NCBI RefSeq assembly: GCF_964355755.1
Contig: NC_092671.1
Coordinates: forward strand, 496,001-560,000
Length of the DNA: 64,000 bases
Source of the DNA: Antedon mediterranea
Taxonomy: Eukaryota > Animalia > Echinodermata
Direction of reading: 5' to 3'
The notes below the pieces were generated by a model. The model saw only the letters and a program-made list of their open reading frames with translations, was not told the origin of the DNA and did no database searches. Shown piece after piece: positions 1-13,795 of the stretch. A program made the translations under genes and the position numbers. The stretch's first letter is position 1; each line of letters begins with the position of its first letter.

Positions 1-235
1 TGTACATTTACTTGTATGCTACAATGTATACTGTATAGTATTGGTGTGTACATTTACTTGTATGCTACAATGTATACTGTATAGTGTTGGTGTGTACATT
101 TACTTGTATGCTACAATGTATACTGTATAGTGTTGGTGTGTACATTTACTTGTATGCTACAATGTATACTGTATAGTGTTGGTGTGTACATTTACTTGTA
201 TGCTACAATGTATACTGTATAGTGTTGGTGTGTAC
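1..235. repeat. 46-bp minisatellite, about 5 copies, cut by the window edge, in a MON1 intron
   Basis: The unit tgtacatttacttgtatgctacaatgtatactgtatagtgttggtg is repeated almost perfectly. Confidence 0.95.
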
Positions 236-342
236 TGATACACATACATCATTTCAAAGTGTCCTAATGGGAACCAATACAGCTAACAGATAGGAAGGAA
301 CAATGTACAATAGACCAGGCATCATGTTAAATAATAGTTTAC

Positions 343-3300
343 CTTTATCCATGTTAGCAATTTATTAATTGCAGTTATTGCACTCTGTTTGGTTGTTAAG
401 GCTCCAAATGTAGCATAAAGCTCAAATCTAGAAGTCACCTAAAATAATGATTAATAACAAATTTATTTTGACTTTTTATACTTAATTTTTTGTGATAAAG
501 AGACAATAGCAACAAAGATTAAGTACTTTCAAATGTAAGTTGTTTTGTATTTGTAAAGTCATCATACTAACCCATCCTAACATTGCTTCTCTTTGTCCTA
601 CATGGAACATAATCTTCAATGGCCTAGACTTGCTGTACATTCTTTGGTGCAAGTATTGATATAAACCAAACAATCTGAAAAAAAAAAAATGAGTTTTATA
701 TTTGAGAAATTATTTGGAAGTCTATTGTCAAGCTTTCATTTTGAGACAGTAAACGAATAAGAAGCTGAAAAATGTATTCTGTCAATACAACATCATTTAA
801 AGTGCTGGCTTCTTTGTCTATAATCCGAAACTGAAAGCATTCTTTATTTAACTGAACAAACAAAGAATTAACTTGCTTACCTTTCCTGCTCTGCTGGGCT
901 TTTGTACGGGGCATCAAGCTGTGGACTAGTAAACTGTGATGTACTTCTAGATTTATAAATAAAATGTCGTAGGTCAGATATACCAACTTGTTGACAACTA
1001 TAGCTGCCTCTTCTTACTGACGACGTTATCGCATCTAAGCAATTATGTTTCTTCATTTTCTAAAAATAAAAATCAATTGTATTGTAATCAAATAAACATG
1101 AGGACTCGATTTATCAAGCTAAATTTTGAGTTGTTATGTTTCCTTTTAATCTATTACGTGCCTATAACATTTTTTTAAAATATTTTATACACATCCAACA
1201 GCGAGCACATACTCACCAATTACAGGATGGATAAACTATTTTATAGTTTATTGTGCTTGTAAACTAAGTCTTATTTGAGGCTTACGGAGTGGAATTGAAA
1301 GAGTTGTGAGTTACAACCCTGGCACTAGGTCAGGATTGCACCCTGGACCTTGGGATTGGAAGACAAGCACATTAACCACCAAGCTACAGCTTCACTCCAT
1401 ATTGTATATTCTATTACGTATCATTGGCAAAAGTAGTATATACAGTAGATAAAAAATGTAAGCTTACTTCTACAATTTTAGATTTGCAATCTGACAATTC
1501 AAAAAAGAGATCCCTATCAACAGTTAAAAGTAGTAAACAAGCTGGTGTGTCTTCTAAGTATGAAACATATGCATGTAGAAAGCCACTACTGTCAAACCTT
1601 GGTAAGCATATAGGTGTCCAAGATTCACCATTACGAAAAGATGATGATGCATTTACTAAATTAACTATCAAGTGTAAATCTGTAACAAATTATTATAGTT
1701 ATATTAAATAACATTCTTTGTACAACAATAATTGTACCATAATAGTGACAGTAAAGATGATACTGATGATAATAACACACACCTGATTGTATTCACCAGA
1801 ATTACACATCAAGTGTCAATCGTATGCATATTAGTTATTTTGGAAAAGTGATATCTAATGTGATAATTAATAAGTTCATGCACGTTCAACTTTTGTTAAA
1901 AACATTTTGAGGTTGTTGACTGATCTGCGTTTGAAAATCAACCTACAGTACAGTTTTTTAATGGCCTAGCTTCCTGGCCTTCGTCAATGTTTTAACAATT
2001 ACAATTACAAAATCGAATAAAAATTTATTTTAGAACAGGTGTGTGTTGTAAAATAAATAATAAATGTTTTGTATTATTTAATGAAAGACTGACTGCTCTT
2101 TTTAACCTGCCTCTGCATGGTTAACTCACCATCCAACTCATAAACATCCATTAATTGTGTATTAATGCAAGTAATTGTATATAGATTTACTTACCACCCG
2201 GATGTAGTACATATTTTTTCATTCTTACAAGAGCTACAAGTTGATTATCTGCTAATAATATTGCAAATACTAAATCCTGTCGAAAAAACAAACAATGAAA
2301 GCTTAACAAATTATCGTAATGTAATGGTTGAAGCCAAAACCATGAATACAGATGAAGGCAATTCAGATTTTTATATTTGGTTCTTGCGAAGATTTTTGAC
2401 AGGACAAAATATATATTGAAAAATAAACTATGGAAGGCAAATAATGTAAAAAAAAAAGTGTATCTGTGTATAAGTTAGTTGGGAACAGAGCAATTCACTT
2501 TCTACAGTGACTGCACAGGTATGTACTATGTAAAGTAAAAAAAAACAGAAGAGATACTTACTTTAAGTTTAGCTGATTGAAGACTAGAACTAACTTGGTC
2601 ACGAATCTGTGACTCAAGTCGAAGGCATCGTACACCACTCAATAAAAAACAAGGATCAGTTTCCATTATAGTACAAAGATTATCAAGAAATTTCTCAGTT
2701 CCTAGAATTAATGGAATAGAAACTTTATTGCCATTACATGGGTCAAGAAACGTGGGGCTTTTTTGTCTATTTTATTGTTGTTGCTGTTTTGAATTTTGGT
2801 GACATTTTTTTCTTTTTATATATTTTCATACATTTTTATCTTTGTAAAACTCCATCCAATGGCTGGTGGGCATGATTTGTGTGTTTTTTTGTTATCAATA
2901 AAGTGAAATACTAATAATAAAAACCAGGGATCTGCTAATAAGTGTGCTGGTGATTATTCAACATGATGCTGTTTACACATTCTATTTCTACCTCAGTTAG
3001 TTCTATAGTATCACAGAGTAGTTACATGATATGTATTGCTATTTCTACCTCAGTTAGTTCTATAGTATCACAGAGTAGTTACATGATATGTATTGCTATT
3101 TCTACCTCAGTTAGTTCTATAGTATCACAGAGTAGTTACATGATATGTATTGCTATTTCTACCTCAGTTAGTTCTATAGTATCACAGAGTAGTTACATGA
3201 TATGTATTGCTATTTCTACCTCAGTTAGTTCTATAGTATCACAGAGTAGTTACATGATATGTATTGCTATTTCTACCTCAGTTAGTTCTATAGTATCACA

Positions 3301-6300
3301 GAGTAGTTACATGATATGTATTGCTATTTCTACCTCAGTTAGTTCTATAGTATCACAGAGTAGTTACATGATATGTATTGAATATTGAATAAGTAAAAAA
3401 GGTACATTCAATCTTATATACAAACCTGTTAATAGTCGCCTTAAGTCATAATTATGGCGTTTGTGAAAGGCTTTTTGTAATGTTGTTAATGTCAGTACAC
3501 TGAGTATTTGGTTGTAAACACAGGTTAATTGGGTATACACCTGAAAAACAAATCAATTACTAAAGTATGTTACACAATTCAATATCTATATAACACTATA
3601 ACAAATTAAACAAATCTAGTCCTGTGGTCATAACAATAATTAAATTTGTATTCAAATTTTATTTTTTGTAATAAGTACATGATGAAATAAAGATATAACA
3701 CATGCTAACCAATAGAAGCACTGTAAAATTGTCCATTAAAATACAGAAAGGATAATAATACATTTTGTTAATAAAATATTTTGCAATTATGTTATACAAT
3801 TTTGGTACTGTTCATTGGATTGAATTGATTGAATTTCCTTTTCATAATCCAAATATATCATTGTCGCATAAATAAACTACCTGTTGATGAGATTCTTGTG
3901 AATTAGCTACTGCAACCAGTATAAGAGGTGATCTAACCATAAACACAAACTTATGGTCCCCTGCCACTATTAATCTGTAAACAAAAAAACAACTTGAATG
4001 TGAACACATTTAATATAAAAAACTTGAATGTGAACAAGTTGAATGCGAGAATTGGGACTGTTACGGTACTTTATTGAATGCCAATCATACTATACATACA
4101 CAATCATACTATACATACACAATCATTCTATACATACACAATCATCAAAAACTGAAACCATTCAAATAGATTGAAACAATACTTTGCTAATCGAAAGTAT
4201 AACAATCCATTGACATTAATTTGGCAGTAGCAGAAATTGGTGCATGAATAGGAAGGGCTCTATGTTATATGTGATAGGCAGGGAGTTTATGGAAATATAT
4301 GCCTTCAACAACAACAGCCTGTGATCATGTGGTTCTCGGAGAATTAGAGAAAAAAATAAATACCTTAATGTATTTTTGTTAACACTGATGAATGACACCA
4401 AAGCTTGCATCACTCCCATCAATGTCACTAACTTATCACCACTTCCATGTCTGAAAAATATTGTAAAACATGAAATAAAAACATTAAAAACTTGTAGTGA
4501 TACATTATTTGTTTAATACAGGGCTACATTTAATATTCAGACCATCCGAGGAGTTTTATTTAGGTCTAGTCCAGATGATGCACACCTCATTCCCCAATTC
4601 CTTATAAGGAAGGACTTAGTACAAGTGGTGGTCAGAACCTCTTTAAGGCTATCACAAGATGATTGAACAGTATACCAGAGATTCCTTTACATCTTCCTGC
4701 TATATTTTGTCTGTGTTCATTGGGTACTACCTAGTGAACATGTGTGCTTTATAACTATTTAAATTGTATGAAAACCTACCTAGTATAAATAGGTTTGCCA
4801 GCTTCACTTAAAACAAACACATGCTTTTTCTGCCGTTGCCATTCTTTGTTGTTTAGATCTTCAAAAACAATTATTGAACATAGAAAATCTTTTAATGTAC
4901 GGAATAATATTTATATTTATACCGCAGGCTGTTATTTACTAGTATGTGACATATACATACTTCTTCTTCTTCCATTTAGTTAGTAGCTAACTTCATAGTT
5001 GAAGGCTACTGCTCCACTGGCTATAGCTGTTGCATACAGTGTGTGGTGCATACAAAGTTAAATAATAGTTTTAAAATTCACAATCAAACTGGCACAATAA
5101 TGAGAAAAATTAAATACCATCAGTTGAATCAATTTCAGACACCACAGATGATGCTGCTTCATTCTCCTTGGAATCCTCTCCTTCTAATACTGCATTCTCA
5201 TCATTTTCCTGTTTGACAATCTCATCAGTTGCTACAACGGTAACATCCTCGTCATTAGTCAGACCTGATTCACTACTTGACGCTTGGAATGGTTCGTCTA
5301 TTGCACCATGTATACTGCCATCACCAGTCTACATTAAAATGGAAGAAGAAAACATTTGATTACATTTAGTAAATTCAGTCAAAATTACAGGTGAAGAAGT
5401 AATGCTATTTCTAATTTAAAACAAAAATGAATTTTAAAATATTTTGACTAAATTAGTTTACATTTTGTGTACTCATACTATAGTTTAAATTTGCTAAAGC
5501 TTAAAGCCCCATTCCCTACGTTTTTTAGATCTAATTTAAGATCACAAACTATATTTAATGTAAAAATAATACTATATGGTCCTATTGCGATAACTTTTTT
5601 CGTCTTTAAACGGTTAAAAATGTGAAAAATAAGTCGATTCTAATAATTATAGTGGCCCGCTATAAATCCCAAAATGCATTGCGCGCGGATTGATATTTTT
5701 GTTTTTCACCTGTAATTCGCCCACTTTTCGATCGATCGTGAGGCCAAAACAAATGGAAGACTCCTAACTTTTCAGCGAAAATACCGGGTTTTCCCCAATT
5801 TGTATCAACAAATGGCAAAAATAGAAAGACAATTAATGCAGCAACTATACAACGTCAGGCTAGGTATATAGCTCGCGTACGATGTTCGTACGTTACCGAT
5901 GTTTACCAGCTAGGCCTACAAAACTAAGCCTAGCTACGCTAGGCCTAAGACCGTCCACGAGAGGTCGATCGCCGCGAGCTACTTAGGTAGTGCATTGTTT
6001 CTCACTTTTTATCATAATTTACCATAAAACGTACATTTAAGACAAGAAATGACATGGTTTAATGTTTTTAAAGTGATATATATGTACTGTATAATTTTCC
6101 AAAAAACGTCCAAAATTGCAGGGAAGGGGTCGTTAAAAAAAAAATCTATTGACTATTGCAAAACTAAAGAATGATAAGGTAATCTTGATCTAATCTAGTA
6201 GATCTAGATTAATCAAGATCTAGTAGATCTAGATTAATCAAGATCTAGTAGATCTAGATTAATCAAGATTCTGCTATTGGCCATGATTATATTTAATTAT

Positions 6301-9300
6301 TTCTGCCAATGTATGTAAGGAATTAAATTGAATAGTAATGTAGAAATGTGAGGATAACCAATGTTGTACCTTTGTTTCTTCTTCATTTTCTTTTACCTCC
6401 TGCCTTTTTTCAATGTTTGTACTTTCTCCGTCAGCATCATCTGAAATGTAATAGTAAGGTTTCAAAATTAACTTATTTTAACTGGCATTAAATAGTTGTA
6501 TGGATGATGACAAAAAACTAGGGTCGTCATCATAATTATCATCATCATTATCTTCCTATAGAACCTCATTTGAGTATAGTTGCACATGGGTTGGTCACAT
6601 TTACTATGCAGTTGGGCTTCCTAATTTTCCTAACATTTTGTGTTCCACATGTTTCATATTATTATGTAGGGTAGATGACCTTTTTTTATACTAGAGGGTC
6701 AAAATGAGAAGGATAAAATAACATTATGTAGACTGGGTACTTAAAGACTGCCACGAGGCGCACTAACCTGGATGTCCAAGTTCAATAATATCATGAATAG
6801 TTCCACTTGGTAAACGTTGTCTCTCTGCAATATCTGAATAATATTCTAAAGTGTCAATGTCTTCAGATGTACCAAGCACAGGAGTCCCACTGCAAAATAA
6901 ATTACTTTAAACAATAATGTAGGCCTGCTGAGGCGCAAAATTACAGTAGTCTATGGCAAATATGTACTAGGGTACAGAGTATGTATGTAGGCTAAAAATA
7001 CTTGATCTTCCTACGCTAGCTTATAGAAGAAAAAGAGCGTCTCTGATCCAAGTATTTAAAATACTTAAAGGATTTGATAAATTGGACATACTAGAGGTCA
7101 TTCTTTCAAACTATCAAAGCCGCGGGTCAAAACTAAATGGGGTTCAAATTTTGGAGCAAGTGTAGTTAACGATTGGAACGCTTTGCCGAGAGTTGTTGTA
7201 GAGTCAAAGTCATTGAATCAATTTAAGTCTAATTTGAAAGAACACTGGAAAAACCACCACCAGAAGTTTCAGCCGTATGCAAGAGATTTTTAATTCCAGA
7301 GAGGCGAATAAGCATTTGACTTTAGCCTTAATTTCAAGGTAATTCAAGGTAATATTTGTGCATGGCAGGACGAATTTCATTCACATATAATAAGGCATGC
7401 ATGTCACGTCACCACCATAACCTGAACAAAAAGCTACTCAGTCAAACACAGATTTTAACATATTTTGAATTGTTATATAATTTGTATGTAGCCTACTAGG
7501 CTAGCCCTAAATTCAAGATTTAAAAAAAAAAGGAAAGGAAGTACTTCATTCATTATTCTAGCCTAGTTAGGCCTAGACTAGGCCTAGTATTATTACTAAT
7601 TAGGTAGGCCTGAGCTTTACAGGCCTATTATAGTAGGACGCACTAAATATGCCTAGAGTTCTGACCGTCAGTCTAGGCCTACTAACTTTGCCTGACTGAG
7701 AGACCGACTACACTCTCTCAGTAGTACAGGTCAACCCGTACCCATGCCAACTCGTACCCACCAACTCGTACCCAAATTTTGGCTTACTCGTACCCAAAAT
7801 TTTGGCTCACCCGTACCCATCATTGGCTAACCCGTACCCATCATTGGCTGGCCCGTACCCAAGTTTAATGCTATTTAAAGTATATTTATATAGGCCTATT
7901 ACAGTTAAACCCAGTTTTATTACATTTTTAGATCATATGTTCGATATTACAATGGCAAAAACTATTTACCTAAGTATAATTTATGTACAGACTCGTACGA
8001 AAAAAGCACAGCTTTCATCGTATTTGGGTCGTAGTTAAATTAATACTTGAGGGCGTTGTTTTACATGGAAGATGTCAGTGGTCGGCTGTGCTGCATTCTA
8101 TTTTTTTTTTCATTTTTGAATAGTTATTGATCTATTATTTACTACGAATAGCCTGTACACACTTTTCATTTTATTTTACAGATAATGAAGTAATGTGCTT
8201 TTTGAAAATCGTTTTAAAAATGGTTTTTGTTGTTTTGTTTTGCAAGTTTTGTTTTAACATTTCGAAAACATTTTTAAGTAGTCACTCGTATTTTTAAAAT
8301 CACGAAACTATTTAAGTGGATACCAGCCTCATTTTTGCTGCTAAGGACCATTTTAGAATAATGAATCTAAGTAGATTATTGCCGTTTTTAAAACAAATTC
8401 CCTAGGACATGATGGATGTGAGAATACTATAAAAGGTAACCTCCAATAATTTAACATTTAATTACTAACGACGACATTTGCTGTTATTACGTTTTCATTT
8501 TATAATGATTATTACTGTATTATTATGACTAAAAACCGAAATAAAATACTACTAAAACTAAAAAAAAAATCATCTTATCGCTGACAGATACGTATGTACA
8601 GACACGTGTAGGTAGGCCTTCAGAACGTTTATATTATTTTAGTAAATAAGACGACATCCGTTGCCATGGAAAAACGAGTGTGGGTCATTTATTTGTAGAA
8701 TATTATAGAATGCGTATTTTTTTTTAAAAGGGAATCCCTTGTCAGCAAAAACACGTAGCTGTTATTGAGGAAACATCTACCAAAAATGTTTAATTGCTGT
8801 AAACAAACAGATAATTTTACTGAATTATTTAAGAAAAAAAAAATAGAAAACGATCGTACGCCACATTGCGTTGTCTATTTTTTTTTACACACTGTAGCTG
8901 TTATAGAAGAAAATCTGCCAAAAATGTTTAATTGCCTTAAAGTACGTGTATATGATCATTTCACTGAATTATTGATAAATAAAATATATGGAAAACGATC
9001 ATACGTCATTACTGAGTCGTCTCTTTGACGCCCTATAAATGCGTGTTTTTTTGTAATAAAAGGTTAATCCCGGTCAGCAAAAACACGTAACACGAAATCT
9101 ACGCCCCATAGCCCTGCAGGCCTTACAGTACGTGTATATGATCATTTCACTGAATTATTAATAAATAAAATATATGGAAAACGATCATACGCCATTACTA
9201 AGTCGTCTCTTTGACACCCTATAAATGCGTGTTTTTTTGTAATAAAAGGTTAATCCCGGTCAGCAAAAACACGTAACACGAAATCTACGCCCCATAGCCC

Positions 9301-10978
9301 TGCAGGCCTTACAGTACGTGTATATGATCATTTCACTGAATTATTAATAAATAAAATTATATGGAAAACGATCATATACGTCATTAATGAGTCATCTCTT
9401 TGACGCCCTATAAATGCGTGTTTTTTTTATAATAAAAGGTTAATCCCGGTCAGCAAAAACACGTAACACGAAATCTACGCCCATAGCCCTGCAGACTTTA
9501 CAGTACGTGTACATGATCATTTCACTGAATTATTAATAAATAAAATATGGAAAACGATCATACGTCATTTTTTTTTTATAATAAAAGGTTAATCCCGGTC
9601 AGCAAAAACACGTAACACGAAATCTACGAGTAATTCGACTCCATAGCCCTGTGGGCTTTTTGATTAAAACAGGGCGTCGTTAATTCAACCAATTTTAAAT
9701 ATACCAATACAATAGAAACAATAATTACTTGATCGAATCATGGAGGTATACCTCCATGATCGAATGTAATCAGGGAAGATAATTAGGTGATAAGAATAAA
9801 AAAGTATAAAAATGATACGTTATTGGTTATTTACCTGGGCTTAATTGAATTGTAATACTATACAACAGTAAAAATATTTTTTTATTAATTAATGTTCTTA
9901 CGTAAATAAATAAAAAGACACATCAAACATACGTTTATAAAACTATAATACTACATTTAAATAAATGTTAACAAATATATGCCTAATTAAACGAAGTTTA
10001 CAATCAAATCAATGGTCATTTTTATTAGCACACATTTCACCGAGACCTGTAAAATAAAAAAAAACAATTTAAATATAAAAATATTCATACGTCAAAAGCA
10101 TACCACTAGTTTTGCGCCGATCAAATCATTACAAGTAGGCCTAATTATTCAAATTGGGTACGAGTAGTCCAAATAATGGGTACGAGTAAGCCAAATAATG
10201 GGTACGAGTAAGCCAAATAATGGGTACGAGTAAGCCAAATACTTGGGTACGAGTAAGCCAAATATTTAGGTATGAGTTGGCATGGGTACGAGTTGGTTTG
10301 GGTACGGGTTAGCCAAAGTGGGTACGAGTTGACCAATTATTTGGGTAGCCTAATTATTCAAATTGGGTACGAGTAGTCCAAATAATGGGTACGAGTAAGC
10401 CAAATAATGGGTACGAGTAAGCCAAATACTTGGGTACGAGTAAGCCAAATATTTAGGTATGAGTTGGCATGGGTACGAGTTGGTTTGGGTACGGGTTAGC
10501 CAAAGTGGGTACGAGTTGACCAATTATTTGGGTAGCCTAATTATTCAAATTGGGTACGAGTAGTCCAAATAATGGGTACGAGTAAGCCAAATAATGGGTA
10601 CGAGTAAGCCAAATAATGGGTACGAGTAAGCCAAATACTTGGGTACGAGTAAGCCAAATATTTAGGTATGAGTTGGCATGGGTACGAGTTGGTTTGGGTA
10701 CGGGTTAGCCAAAGTGGGTACGAGTTGACCAATTATTTGGGTACGGGTTAGCCAAGTTGGGTACGAGTTGGCATGGGTACGGGTTGGTTTGGGTACGGGT
10801 TGACCAGCCTAGTCTGAACTCTCCTCCTTTCTCCCCCCATGAGTAGAGTAGTCCAGGGCAAAGCTAGGCCTAGGCCTAGACAGTTTTTAATCAATAACAG
10901 GTATTACCTAGCCCCTGGTTCTTGACCTTCTATTACATCTGCTTCTTCAACATCATATGCATCTTCATTTTCACTCAT
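343..10978 (-). CDS. MON1: Vacuolar fusion protein MON1 homolog (Rab7 GEF subunit); 14 exons in window, last exon lies left of position 1
   Basis: Exons: 10978-10908 (ATG, MSENEDAYD), 6889-6768, 6440-6370, 5328-5118, 4858-4780 (KKHVFVLSEAGKPIYTR), 4450-4364 (LMGVMQALVSF), 3974-3881, 3540-3426 (YNQILSVLT..NYDLRRLL), 2701-2562, 2276-2195 (DLVFAILL), 1679-1468 (GESWTPICLPRFD..GFLHAYVSYL), 1059-881 (LRHFIYKS), 674-572, 438-343 (FELYATF..AINKLLTWIK). All junctions are GT-AG and the phases join into 554 codons. Motifs match MON1A/B as I recall them. Confidence 0.95.
1255..1393 (-). mobile_element. tRNA-derived SINE fragment
   Basis: Minus strand reads gaagctgTAGCTTGGTGGttaatg..ttccaa..GGTGCAATCCtgacc, i.e. 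degenerate A and B boxes followed by a non-tRNA body. Confidence 0.6.
2982..3380. repeat. 57-bp minisatellite x7
   Basis: The unit ctatttctacctcagttagttctatagtatcacagagtagttacatgatatgtattg is repeated exactly. It produces the spurious 141-aa ORF. Confidence 0.95.
5505..6132. mobile_element. Non-autonomous DNA transposon flanked by TTAA (Kolobok/piggyBac-type target)
   Basis: TTAA|agccccattccctacg ... tgcagggaaggggtcg|TTAA: imperfect TIRs and a CpG-richer interior than the flanks. Confidence 0.55.
6188..6269. repeat. 25-bp palindrome-rich tandem repeat, about 3 copies
   Basis: Unit gatctagtagatctagattaatcaa. Confidence 0.8.
6995..7353 (+). mobile_element. Degenerate 3' end of a CR1-like LINE
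   Basis: Broken translation LPTLAYRRKR..QVFKILKGFD..TRGHSFKL..VNDWNALP, ending in a (TTCAAGGTAA)2 tail. Confidence 0.7.
7729..10805. mobile_element. 3.1-kb non-autonomous DNA transposon with TIRs and arrays of subterminal repeats, in MON1 intron 1
   Basis: Left end GGTCAACCCGTACCC, right end GGGTACGGGTTGACC. Many inverted (A/C)CTCGTACCC(A) repeats at 7729-7862 and 10155-10805. Internal tandem unit of about 185 bp (8940-9630) and about 200 bp x3 (10139-10745). No transposase ORF. Confidence 0.8.
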
Positions 10979-11561
10979 TTTCGAATCATTAAATGGAAAA
11001 TACAAGGGAGTACCTTTCTTGACAATATGAAAACTGGGCCTACCATTACCAACTTTTCTGACGGCCGGAGGATCGAGTCTCTTTAGTTTGCTGCCCTCTA
11101 CAATTATGCCCTATATGGGCAATTAGACTATTCTTTGAGAGAGTATACACCAAAGAATAATCTTAATAAACAGGCAAGGTTGTTTGATTGCAGGACATAT
11201 AATACCACCATAGCATAGACTAAAGGTTTTTGTGTTTTTCAATTACATGTTTAACTATTAATTTCATTCAAATAAAATAATGATCATAACATTGATCATA
11301 ATTACACATTTGACATATGTTTTGGAATTAATTTACAACAGGGTAGAACATTTGACCAATGAGCTTTCATATTCATGAGGCAATTTATTACACACTATTT
11401 TTTTTGTAATTTTAATATATATGTCTATATATATCTGTTTGAATGTGTTTAAAAAATAATTAATTAAATATTAATGTTTGCAACAATTCCAAAAAAGATT
11501 AAAAGCAAATTATACCATAAATTAATCAAAGATTATTCTAATATTCCCAGTTTCCTGGACT

Positions 11562-11610
11562 TTCTCACCCTCTGAAGACGATCAAAGTATATTGATCGAA
11601 ATGTTGAGAA
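11562..11610 (+). ncRNA. Minimal type I hammerhead-ribozyme-like motif (Penelope-type remnant)
   Basis: CTGAAGA (11572-78), C, stem II GATCAA/agtata/TTGATC, GAAA (11598-601), TGTT, GAG. Helix III is absent or minimal and helix I is weak. Confidence 0.55.
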
Positions 11611-13795
11611 ACTCAACAGTCCTTTTCAGAACTATATAAATTTCTTTAATTTCTTCAATTCACTGTGCTTTTCAAAGTAATCGCAAGATGCACACATAAG
11701 CCTTAATAGAAATATTTGGAAGCGGAGTTGTTTACTTATCATGACAAAAATACTCTGGGGCCTGACAAGATGTTAACCCTGTGCCTCCACTGAAGTTATT
11801 TTTCGTCAATTACACAATCAAAAACCAAATAAAACAATTGTAAAACATATTTAATCTAATAGACTTTTAATAAAAAGTGAAGAAGCATTTAAATGTACCA
11901 CTATTTTGAAGACACTGAAAAACATGAAAAGCGGCAAATGCCATTAAATCGCATGTATAAGACCAATAATGAAGAACATGATACTAATAAATGTTATCAA
12001 TTCGATACAATACTAATAAATGATACATTTAAAAGGGGGCAACAATCAAGGCCAACTTAAATTCTTGCTAAATTTTAATGAAAAAAAACCACAAAAATGC
12101 TTTGTAGCTACTATTTAAACTACGGTATTATGTTATAGCAAAGCACTTACTATACAGCAACAAGTAAAGTCTTTACAGACTTAAAACATCAATAATCTAG
12201 TACCATAAATATGCTTACTTTTTTTTAATGCATTTTCTACACCCAATTATGTTTGATTAACTTTCATTGCAATTTATTTTCAAAGCAAAAAAAACAACAC
12301 AATTAGGGTATTAGCAACGCAAGTACAGTATCGCAGAAAAGCGTACAAGCAAAGAAAATTTATTGTTTTAATCTAATTTAACATATGTATCATTTTTAAT
12401 AATAGCATTTATAATAAAGCTATTTTAATATTAATTAATAATAATTTATTAATTTTAATGATTTAATAATACAATATTAATACATTCTAGACACTAGGTT
12501 TTCTCAAAATACAACACTAGACTTATTTAAGCAACTTCATTAACAGACTGTGAAGTGAAATGCACCGTCAATATGACAACAGGACTATAAGGTGGGATTT
12601 CATGATACTACACTCATGCTGAAAACCGTTTACCCATGGTCATTATGTTCACTAATGGATGCCATTTTGGATGAGGTTAAAGGTGACTGGTTTTGGGAGT
12701 GCTGAATGTATAGGACATATAATGTTTTTAAGGAGAACATAGGATATAGGTGGGTTACATTGGTAGGTTGAGACACAAGATAACATATAGTAGCCCTATC
12801 AACATTCTAAACAAAAAGCTGCACCAGTAAAGGAATGGTAATGCAAGTCCAGTTGTTAACAAGTTTATAATATTTTGTGAATTTGAATTATCTTTATCAT
12901 TTGTTAATTCATTTCTATCTTCATGAAAAATATTGTATAAATTTAGTAGAATAAATAGTTTTCCTATTGTTTTAATCATACAAAAATATACAGAAATATT
13001 ATATTATTTATTGTCTAATAACAATAATTTTGGGAATCTTTTAAAACGAAGAATATATATGTGCTTTATTCAATTATAATTCTATTAATAAAACTCTTTT
13101 TTTTATTGGACCAAAAATATACAGAAAAATTCTATCTATTCAATGGAACAGCATTAAGTTCAAATTAAGACACAAAGTAATTATTGATCTTGCAAATATG
13201 AATAAATTCAATTTATCTATGAAACAGAAAACGCAAGAATCAAATAATATTTGGAAAGAAAAAATTGCACTAATAATGAAATCATAGTGAATATCACAAG
13301 GCTGCAAAGACAGATTAATACTGAAAAAAACTTTATAAAAATTCACCGGTCATCAAAAACACATGTTTAGGTATGTGCTAGGATACATCTGATACAACAA
13401 CTAGACAAATGTTTTCAGATTTATCTAATTTATTTATTCAGTTTATTTATTCAGTTAAAATGTTTGAAATGTGTTTGTTGACAGGTCACAAGAATGTCAA
13501 ATACACCAGGGAGAATGTAACATCAAAAATATTCATGAAAATACATTAATAATATCTCTATTCCAAAATAAATCACAATAATACAATAGATGGTAACAGC
13601 ACAAACAAAATTACATCATTTAAAAATGTCCCACATATCCACTACCTATTAAAATTTTACAGACAGACCTAAAGTAGATTTGTTTATATAGTTGAAGCTG
13701 AGTTGCGTATTCCACTACAAGTTGTAATGGTACAAAAATAGTAGGCCAGTGATTGGTGGTGATTTAAGATAGATGACCTTTGAACTCTGCCCTCA

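Noticed and set aside
2963-3388. 141-aa repetitive ORF, and the twin 63-aa ORFs at 10145 and 10541
   Set aside because: By-products of a 57-bp minisatellite and of transposon subterminal repeats.
4520-4745. GC-richer intronic island with ggatggtctga / attcagacca, suggestive of a C/D snoRNA or RNase P RNA
   Set aside because: No canonical C box with terminal stem on the sense strand and no second RNase P conserved region. An Rfam scan would be needed.
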